A DNA stretch of 64,000 nucleotides from a virus, in the IMG/VR virus record IMGVR_UViG_3300031521_000039, positions 21,198 through 85,197 of that record; one strand, given 5' to 3'. This document shows, one piece after another, positions 57,015-64,000 of this stretch. Numbering within the stretch: position 1 is the first letter of the stretch; each line of letters starts with the position of its first letter. The translations under genes were made by a program, and so were the position numbers. The notes under the pieces were generated by a model. The model did not search any database and had not been told where the DNA came from. It was given only the letters and a program-made list of their open reading frames with translations.

Positions 57015-60000
57015 CTAATACCTCCTCCATATTTGGGATTACTGAATAATTAGTAATATGCCATTCAATTTTATTCGCATCAACCTCAAATACTGGCTTG
57101 ACATTACCCTTTTTATCTATTTTTTCTCCAACCTTTTTCCACCCAAATTTCTTTTCCATAGAATGAATATAAATTACATCATTTTTATTTAATTCCCCAT
57201 CATTGTTCCATAGTTTTTTATTAATTTTACACTTACAAGTTGAACCATTATTCAAACAATATGTATTTACTATAGGAGTATATTTAGTATTTACATCTGT
57301 AATTAAAGCATATCTTTTTTCAATTTTATCATTCTTATAATCTATATATCCTAAATAGTCTAATTCTGTTAGTAATGACTCTTTGAATGATATATCTTTA
57401 TTGGGTAATTTTTCTATAAGAGTGTTTATTAATCCTTGAGTATCAACTTCTTTAAATACTTTCTCAGTTTCCTTAATAGCAAACCCTCTTATTATTTCTA
57501 TATTTTCATCGCTTAAACTATCTTTCTTAAATTGTTTTTTGCTATATATTTTATTATATAAATTTACTATTGCTAATAACTTTTGAGTTTTACCAAATTC
57601 AGAAAAGAAATTAAGCTTTATAAGTATTTCTAATTGTCTTGAATTTGTACTTGTTTTATTAGTTATGTCTATTAATAAGTCTAAGAAGGTACTATATTTA
57701 TTATTTCTTAATTCATATAATTCTTGTCCTATATTTTCATTACAGAATTTAATAGAACCTATTCCTTTATAAATAGAATTTGTTTCTAAGTTTGGGTAAT
57801 ATGTTCCTAATGAATATCCAAACTTAGGTGAGTTTATTTTTATTCCCATTTGATTAGCTAGTTGTGTTCCCGTAGATATATCCTCGTCATTATTTGCATT
57901 ATTTAGATAAGATGTTATAAATTCTAACGGATGATAATATCTAAAATATCCACATAGATAACCTAGCATTGAATATCCTGTACTATGATTATATCCAAAC
58001 ATATAAGAACTGGCATTGGAGATAATTTCTAAGAACTCTTTAGCTTCTTCTTCTGCTATTTTTCTAGGCTTATCTGATTTATCACAATAACCTTCTAATA
58101 TAGATGGCATAGCTTTTTCAAGTCTATCTATTTGCTTACGTCCTATAGCACGTCTTACGTTATCTGCTTCACTTCCACTAAGTCCACATATTTGTTGAAG
58201 AAAAGCAATAACATCTTCTTGAAATACAAGGAAACCATTATTATCTTTTAATAAATTATCAATTAATTCTGAAGGATTATGATTGAATTCTCTTGCTATT
58301 AATCTATCTCTATAAGACGCACCACTTGGACGTAGAGAAGCATTTATTAAACTTAAATCATTAATTTTTCTAGGTTGGTATTTTTTTAATAAATCATAAG
58401 CATAGCTACCCTCAAATTGGAATATTCCAACTGAAGAATCAGTTATATGTTCCCATACTTTTTCATCTTCCCAGTTTACTTCATGTGATGCTGGATATGG
58501 AATATTTAATAATTTACAAGTATCTTTAATTATTTCTATATTTTTTAATCCTAATATATCGTACTTGACCAATCCAGCCCCATCATGTACTTCTTCCATA
58601 TTTATATACAGTATTCTTTTACCTTCTTTATTCCAAAAACAACCATAGTTATCAGGAAGAGTAACTGGGGAAGCTATAATACCTGCTGGATGCATAGATT
58701 GAGAAACTGAAGTCCCTAATACACCATCAAAATAGTAAAATAAATCTTTATATTGCTTTCTTGCTTTTTCACTATCTTCTTCATATAACTTTTTAATTTG
58801 TGCAACTTCATCTAAAGGATATTCCATAGCTCTACCTAAATCGTCTATAGTTCCTTTATCAGATATAGTTCCTATTGCAAGTATATAAGCCGATTTATCT
58901 GCTCCAAATCTATCTATTATGTAATTATAAACTAACTCTCTTTGTGTTGGAGAGAAGTCTAAATCTATATCTCCAACTTCTTCTCTATCTTCATTACAAA
59001 ATCTTGAGAATATAGTATTCCATTGAATAGGGTCTAAGTCAATAATATCTAATAAGTATGCTATCATTGAACCTCCAACTGATCCCCTGCAAAATCCAGT
59101 TGGTATTCCGTTTTCTTTACACCATATACATATCTCACTCATAAATAACATAAAACTACACATATTTAATTTCTTAAATACTCTTATTTCTTCTTGAATC
59201 TGAATTAAATATTTTTCGTCTTTGTTTATAATGCCATTGTTTATTTTTTCTTCGTATTTTTTTAATACTATATTTTCAAATAAAGACTCGTCATCATCAG
59301 ATATTTTAGGATATTTTACTGTTGCATCTAATACTATATCTTCTATTCCATCTGACATAATATTAGTGTTTTCTATGGCTTCTAAAATAACGTCCATTGG
59401 TAATGAATTTTGTTCCTTAAATTTATCAACTAATTCGTTATATGACTTAAAAGTTAAATCATAACTATCTTCATCATCATATACCATTTTTTTTGCTTTT
59501 TTAAATTTATATCTACATTCTGCTTTATATTTGTTTAAGCTATGTGTGTCAGTTCCTACTATAAGTGGTTTATTATATTTTTTACTTAATTCATATAGCT
59601 TTTTATTATATGATATTTGGTCTCCTTTTCTGTCGATATGATATTGTATTTCATAATAATCATAATGCTTTAATAATTTTTCATAATATTCATTATCTTC
59701 GTTTAATTTATTTAAAGGAGAAGCCATACAAGCAGATATCTTTATAACATTATTAGATATGTTTAAAAATTCATCAAATGTAACTCTTGGCTTGTAATAC
59801 ATATGATCTTCGTCTGTTGCGTTTCCTACTAATAAATTGAGTTCTTTTACCCCATCCATATTTCTAGCTATCAAGATTGTATGATGATTATCTCTAATCT
59901 TTTGTTTCTTTTTCACCATTTCACCATTTTTGTTTTCTTCTTCAACTATTTCATATAGTTTTTCTGTAAGATAAATTTCACAACCGTGTAAGTATTTTAT

Positions 60001-60180
60001 TCCTTTTTCATCGCAATACATTTTCTTTTCAATCCAGTTATATATATTACCATGTTCACTAAATCCAATAGCTTTCATTCCATATTCTACTGCTTTATCA
60101 ATATAATCTTTATATTTTGTGCAACTATCTAATAAAGATAAGTCGCTATGTAAATGATATATTATAAAATTTTTCTTCAT
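57004..60180 (-). CDS. dnaE: DNA polymerase III alpha subunit
   Basis: PHP domain HLHSDLSLLDS, RGS, DIDLDF, HPAG. Confidence 0.95.
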   Translation of the reverse strand: MKKNFIIYHLHSDLSLLDSCTKYKDYIDKAVEYGMKAIGFSEHGNIYNWIEKKMYCDEKGIKYLHGCEIYLTEKLYEIVEEENKNGEMVKKKQKIRDNHHTILIARNMDGVKELNLLVGNATDEDHMYYKPRVTFDEFLNISNNVIKISACMASPLNKLNEDNEYYEKLLKHYDYYEIQYHIDRKGDQISYNKKLYELSKKYNKPLIVGTDTHSLNKYKAECRYKFKKAKKMVYDDEDSYDLTFKSYNELVDKFKEQNSLPMDVILEAIENTNIMSDGIEDIVLDATVKYPKISDDDESLFENIVLKKYEEKINNGIINKDEKYLIQIQEEIRVFKKLNMCSFMLFMSEICIWCKENGIPTGFCRGSVGGSMIAYLLDIIDLDPIQWNTIFSRFCNEDREEVGDIDLDFSPTQRELVYNYIIDRFGADKSAYILAIGTISDKGTIDDLGRAMEYPLDEVAQIKKLYEEDSEKARKQYKDLFYYFDGVLGTSVSQSMHPAGIIASPVTLPDNYGCFWNKEGKRILYINMEEVHDGAGLVKYDILGLKNIEIIKDTCKLLNIPYPASHEVNWEDEKVWEHITDSSVGIFQFEGSYAYDLLKKYQPRKINDLSLINASLRPSGASYRDRLIAREFNHNPSELIDNLLKDNNGFLVFQEDVIAFLQQICGLSGSEADNVRRAIGRKQIDRLEKAMPSILEGYCDKSDKPRKIAEEEAKEFLEIISNASSYMFGYNHSTGYSMLGYLCGYFRYYHPLEFITSYLNNANNDEDISTGTQLANQMGIKINSPKFGYSLGTYYPNLETNSIYKGIGSIKFCNENIGQELYELRNNKYSTFLDLLIDITNKTSTNSRQLEILIKLNFFSEFGKTQKLLAIVNLYNKIYSKKQFKKDSLSDENIEIIRGFAIKETEKVFKEVDTQGLINTLIEKLPNKDISFKESLLTELDYLGYIDYKNDKIEKRYALITDVNTKYTPIVNTYCLNNGSTCKCKINKKLWNNDGELNKNDVIYIHSMEKKFGWKKVGEKIDKKGNVKPVFEVDANKIEWHITNYSVIPNMEEVLDEL

Positions 60181-60195
60181 TTTGCATCTCCTTTA

Positions 60196-61821
60196 TTAAT
60201 TTATTATCTCAAAGTCAACAATTTCAATCATTCCTGTATTATTATATGTATCCATAGTACACTTTCCAATTATATTAGCTTTTAATGATCGATTTAATAG
60301 TTGTTCTTTTAGTACATTTGTTGGAAACTTTTTATTGAATTTAATTCCATTTACAAAAAACACTATTCTAGTTCTTTTAATGTCATTTGCAACTATATTT
60401 AATTCTACATTTTCAAAAGCTATCAAAGGAGCATCTATCTTATTTCCAAACTCATTTTCTAATAATGCTAATTCATTTACTATGTATTCATCTATTTCCG
60501 ATTCATCTAATATAAAATCTACTAGATACTCTTTGCTATCTACAATTTCTTTACCTTTATATAAATCATTTAAATATTCTTTTAATTTGTTTAAATTGTC
60601 TTTTTTTAATTGATAACCACCAGCTTGGGCATGTCCTTGTGAAAATATAACTAAATTACTGTTGAGGATATCTAATCTTGTATCAGTTGAAATACTATCT
60701 ATTCCTCTAAAACTTCCTCCAATAACATCTTTTTTATCTTCTACATCTCTATATAATAATGTTGGAAGTTTATATTTATCTTCTATTTTTTGTGCTACTA
60801 ATCCCGTATGAGATTGACTTAAAGTTTTTCCTACATCTAAGATAATACATTTATCTTCTTTGGCAATATTGATTTTAGGTTCTATCTTTTTTAAAGCTGA
60901 TTTAACCGCATTATCCTGTTTAGCTTTTACATTTTTACACATCTTAGCTACTTCCAAACAAAAATCATAATCATCTGAAGTAAAAGCTTGATACATTTTC
61001 ATTTTTTCTTCTTGTGTTCCACTTCTAATTGTTCCGTTTAATTTAGGTGCTATTACCCATCCGATTTTATCTATATTATATTTACCTTCTAAATCATATT
61101 CATTTACTTCCATTAATGCTTTTATAAAGAGATTATTTATTTCCTTAGTACCTTCATATACAAAATATCTAGTTTCTAACTCATGCAAGTCCATCATATC
61201 AGCAACATTGCCCAATGCAACCAAATCTTTATATTTAATTGATTTATCTTCAAACAAATAATCATCTAAAGCTTTTATAAATTTATAAACAACACCAGAT
61301 CCTGCTAAATTTTTATTCATTACATTTTTAGATAATTGATTATTTATTACTACTGCATTTTTACTATATCCTCCATCTGCATGATGATGGTCTATAATAA
61401 GTATGTCTATTCCTCTATCTTTTAACGCTTTATGTTGTTCATAATCATTACTTGAAGAATCTGTTAATACTACAAGATTAGTATTATCTTCAATAACAAT
61501 ATCATCTGATAAACCATGTTGCTTATTTGTATGTATTTTTAATTCTATATTAGCATTAGGAAATGATTCTTTTATTCTATTGTGAAATATAGAATAGCTT
61601 GTCATACCATCAACATCACAATCTCCTACAGTTGTTATTTTTGAATTATTATTTAGATGTTTTAATAGTAATTCTACTCCTTCTTGCATATAATCGTAGT
61701 TATTATAATCTTCTATAACTTTCTTATCTAAATTAAATAAATCCTTAGTTATGCCCCTATTTTCTAACACTGTTTCTACTGGAGAAAATGTATAGTTATT
61801 TCCTATTAATTTATATTTCAT
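60196..61821 (-). CDS. recJ: RecJ-like DHH ssDNA exonuclease
   Basis: DCDVDG, IDHH, LAGSGV, GSFRG, GHAQAGG. Confidence 0.9.
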   Translation of the reverse strand: MKYKLIGNNYTFSPVETVLENRGITKDLFNLDKKVIEDYNNYDYMQEGVELLLKHLNNNSKITTVGDCDVDGMTSYSIFHNRIKESFPNANIELKIHTNKQHGLSDDIVIEDNTNLVVLTDSSSNDYEQHKALKDRGIDILIIDHHHADGGYSKNAVVINNQLSKNVMNKNLAGSGVVYKFIKALDDYLFEDKSIKYKDLVALGNVADMMDLHELETRYFVYEGTKEINNLFIKALMEVNEYDLEGKYNIDKIGWVIAPKLNGTIRSGTQEEKMKMYQAFTSDDYDFCLEVAKMCKNVKAKQDNAVKSALKKIEPKINIAKEDKCIILDVGKTLSQSHTGLVAQKIEDKYKLPTLLYRDVEDKKDVIGGSFRGIDSISTDTRLDILNSNLVIFSQGHAQAGGYQLKKDNLNKLKEYLNDLYKGKEIVDSKEYLVDFILDESEIDEYIVNELALLENEFGNKIDAPLIAFENVELNIVANDIKRTRIVFFVNGIKFNKKFPTNVLKEQLLNRSLKANIIGKCTMDTYNNTGMIEIVDFEIIN

Positions 61822-61825
61822 TTAA

Positions 61826-62866
61826 TCATCCCTCATATTTAAATTTACAATTAGTATATAATTGCATAAATATCTCTTTACCTTTATCAGTAACACTTTC
61901 TTTCCCTTTTAATAAGTCTAAATCATCATATATATAATAAACATTACATAACCCTTTTTTAAATTTCTTACATTCTACAAAAATATCATCTAAAACAACA
62001 TCTTTGTCAAAGGCTAGTATTATATCTTTTCCTAGTTTAAGTAATTTTGTTAACTGTACTGGACTAATAACCTTTTTACTTACAGCCACACAGTTATTAA
62101 TATCCATATCATTACATTGCATAACTGACTTTTCTGCCTCGAATACAAACACTTCATTAGATGATATAATATCAAAATAGTTTTCATACAAACCATATAA
62201 ATAGAATTCTCCGACATATGGATAATAGTAAAAATATTTTGGTATTCCTTTAATTTTATAATCATTATCCATAGTTCTTCCTTTGAATGTAAGTAATGCT
62301 CCACTGTCATTTCTAATTGGGAAAACCACTCTATTATCTAGTATGTCATATGAAACACCAAATTTAGTTTGCGTAGTCTTATTAATCCCATCTTGTAAAA
62401 ACAAATCACATGTTTCTTTTATAAATCTCTGAGTGAAAGTTTCGTCCAATATTAATTCATCATAATCATCAAGTTTATTTATTTTATTTAAACTTCTTTT
62501 AAATTGTCTTAAAAAACTATAACTAGAACTCTTTTCACTCTTTTTAACATTGTTACTATATTTCAATCCACATTGTTTACATACAAACTGAATAGCTTCT
62601 GATAGACTATATTCATTTATGAATTGTATAAGAGTAAACATATCTTTATATTCATATTTATCAAACTCACCTTTTCTTGAATATACTTCTGTTTTTAAAT
62701 TATCATTTAATTTAATGCTTATAGAAGTAAAATTATCACCATCAGGCAAAGCACAAGTAATACGTTTTGAACTTTTTTTTATATGATGACAACCTATATT
62801 TTCTAATATATTTTCTATATATTGTGGATTCTCTTTTAGATATATCTTAAGTTCGTCCTTATCCAT
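61826..62866 (-). CDS. dnaG: DNA primase (DnaG-like TOPRIM)
   Basis: RVVFPI...KGR, PKY, FEAEKS, AFDKD. Confidence 0.88.
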   Translation of the reverse strand: MDKDELKIYLKENPQYIENILENIGCHHIKKSSKRITCALPDGDNFTSISIKLNDNLKTEVYSRKGEFDKYEYKDMFTLIQFINEYSLSEAIQFVCKQCGLKYSNNVKKSEKSSSYSFLRQFKRSLNKINKLDDYDELILDETFTQRFIKETCDLFLQDGINKTTQTKFGVSYDILDNRVVFPIRNDSGALLTFKGRTMDNDYKIKGIPKYFYYYPYVGEFYLYGLYENYFDIISSNEVFVFEAEKSVMQCNDMDINNCVAVSKKVISPVQLTKLLKLGKDIILAFDKDVVLDDIFVECKKFKKGLCNVYYIYDDLDLLKGKESVTDKGKEIFMQLYTNCKFKYEG

Positions 62867-62881
62867 ATGCCTTACCTCCTT

Positions 62882-64000
62882 TTAATATGGTGAGTTTCCA
62901 CCTTCTATATTAGAAAAGTTTTTAGCTTGAGTTATAATTGCTTTATCTCCCTCAAAAACAAAATTTAAATATTCTCCGTCTTCCATTTGACCACCATTTC
63001 TATTATAATCAATTACTAATTTACAATTACCACTATCAACACCATCATTAAGTATTTCTTCTTTTGTTTTATGTATCCAATATGCTATAGTTGAAGCATA
63101 TCTGTTTATTTTATCGCTATCTGCTAATCTTTGTTCTTTGGGACTCATTTGACCACCTGCTATTATAGGTATATCTAATGCTCCACCTACCTTATTTTTT
63201 AAGAAATTAGTCATATCTCCTAATACATTATGTTCTTTATTGTCTCCTCCGCCAGTATCATCTACTTTTATATAATCATAAATTAATAATCCTAAGTTCA
63301 TAGATTGTTTTAGTTGTTTCGCTGTCATATAAATTTTATCTTTAGTCCAACCAACATCATATTTATGCACTAATGGCTTATTTTTTAACCATTCTTTTGC
63401 TTCTTCAACTGCTTTTTCTTCTTGTAATGAGTAATTACCATTCTTAACCTTTTTTATATCTACTCCAGACTTTAATGCTAAAAATCTTATCATCCATCTT
63501 TCATCACTCATTTCAGTATCAAATATAGCTACAGGAACTCCATTTTCAACCTTATGTATAGCTTCATTAAGAAAGAACATTGATTTACCACTTTTTGCTC
63601 TACCACCTATTACAACCAATTCTCCATTTTCATAAGTGAAATATTCATTTAATCCTTTATATTTACTAGGTATGCCTGCAAATCCTGAATCTGTTCTCCT
63701 ACTTTTTATTAATTCCCATAATTCATCTGCTTTATCTCCTATCATTTGCACATTAGTGTCTACAATATAATCATCTGCAAATTTAGTTATATCGGTTTGA
63801 ACTTTATAATTAATACTATTTATATCTTCATTGCTTGATAATACCCCATTAGCCATTTCTCTTAGTTTTATATATGTATCTCTTTTGAATGCATTAGATA
63901 TTATATTATTAGCAATAAATTCATATCCTTCAATTTCAGACCTAGCTACTAGTCTTAGATCATCTAACCACCCACATATATCTTTTGAAATATCATCAAA
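62882..64000 (-). CDS. dnaB: DnaB-like replicative helicase (5' end outside window)
   Basis: GGRAKSGKS, DTEM, YDYIK, YNRNG; frame stays open to base 64000. Confidence 0.92.
   Translation of the reverse strand, partial: FDDISKDICGWLDDLRLVARSEIEGYEFIANNIISNAFKRDTYIKLREMANGVLSSNEDINSINYKVQTDITKFADDYIVDTNVQMIGDKADELWELIKSRRTDSGFAGIPSKYKGLNEYFTYENGELVVIGGRAKSGKSMFFLNEAIHKVENGVPVAIFDTEMSDERWMIRFLALKSGVDIKKVKNGNYSLQEEKAVEEAKEWLKNKPLVHKYDVGWTKDKIYMTAKQLKQSMNLGLLIYDYIKVDDTGGGDNKEHNVLGDMTNFLKNKVGGALDIPIIAGGQMSPKEQRLADSDKINRYASTIAYWIHKTKEEILNDGVDSGNCKLVIDYNRNGGQMEDGEYLNFVFEGDKAIITQAKNFSNIEGGNSPY

Larger units (their letters stand above)
1..64000. mobile_element. Segment of a large Clostridium-type temperate phage/prophage (SPbeta/c-st-like organisation)
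   Basis: Tail, lysis and fibre genes on + converge at about 27.9 kb with a phage replisome and nucleotide-metabolism arm on -. Dense small ORFs, Firmicute RBSs, no host housekeeping context. Confidence 0.93.

Noticed and set aside
35974-60180. Inteins or introns in nrdD, topoisomerase or dnaE
   Set aside because: Lengths are normal, frames are uninterrupted and no splice motifs were seen.
1721-62310. Antisense or nested shadow ORFs in the track (e.g. 1721, 2630, 8353, 11868, 30584, 39913, 41865, 45214, 46965, 59222, 60335, 62080)
   Set aside because: They lie within well-supported genes, lack RBSs and have antisense-type composition.
1-64000. CRISPR array, tRNA or rRNA
   Set aside because: No repeat-spacer array with 30-40 bp periodicity and no cloverleaf or rRNA-like stretch seen by eye.

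Overview
The whole window is part of a large, very AT-rich Clostridium-type phage or prophage with an SPbeta/c-st-like layout. No host chromosomal genes or att junction are visible. The left arm (+ strand, 1-27.7 kb) holds the end of the tail module, a cohesin-dockerin protein, a lysis cassette (papain-like C1 peptidase-SPOR, amidase, holin), endonuclease insertions, a second 16-kb fibre/decoration module, RusA and an intact tyrosine recombinase. The right arm (- strand, 28-64 kb) is the early/replication region: DnaB, DnaG, RecJ, Pol III alpha, ERCC4, a two-subunit type II topoisomerase, ligase, N6-MTase, ThyX-like, dUTPase, class III RNR and many small ORFs. Most notable observations: (1) About 16 copies of a gene-boundary palindrome TAAAA-N6-TTTTA. 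Ten have a TATTAATTTAT box 10-11 bp to the left, five overlap a stop codon, and five neighbouring intervals are 1035-1052 bp. This suggests a fixed-length gene-cassette system, possibly served by the tyrosine recombinase. (2) Early-region proteins that resemble fragments of terminase, capsid, tape-measure and perhaps tail-tube proteins, which are candidate immune decoys. (3) An unannotated 59-aa ferredoxin:thioredoxin-reductase-like gene that completes an FTR-redoxin-NrdD-NrdG chain. (4) A soluble chemoreceptor next to a 3D-domain wall hydrolase, and a proteasome-type protease. All family calls come from motif recognition by eye; no searches were run.
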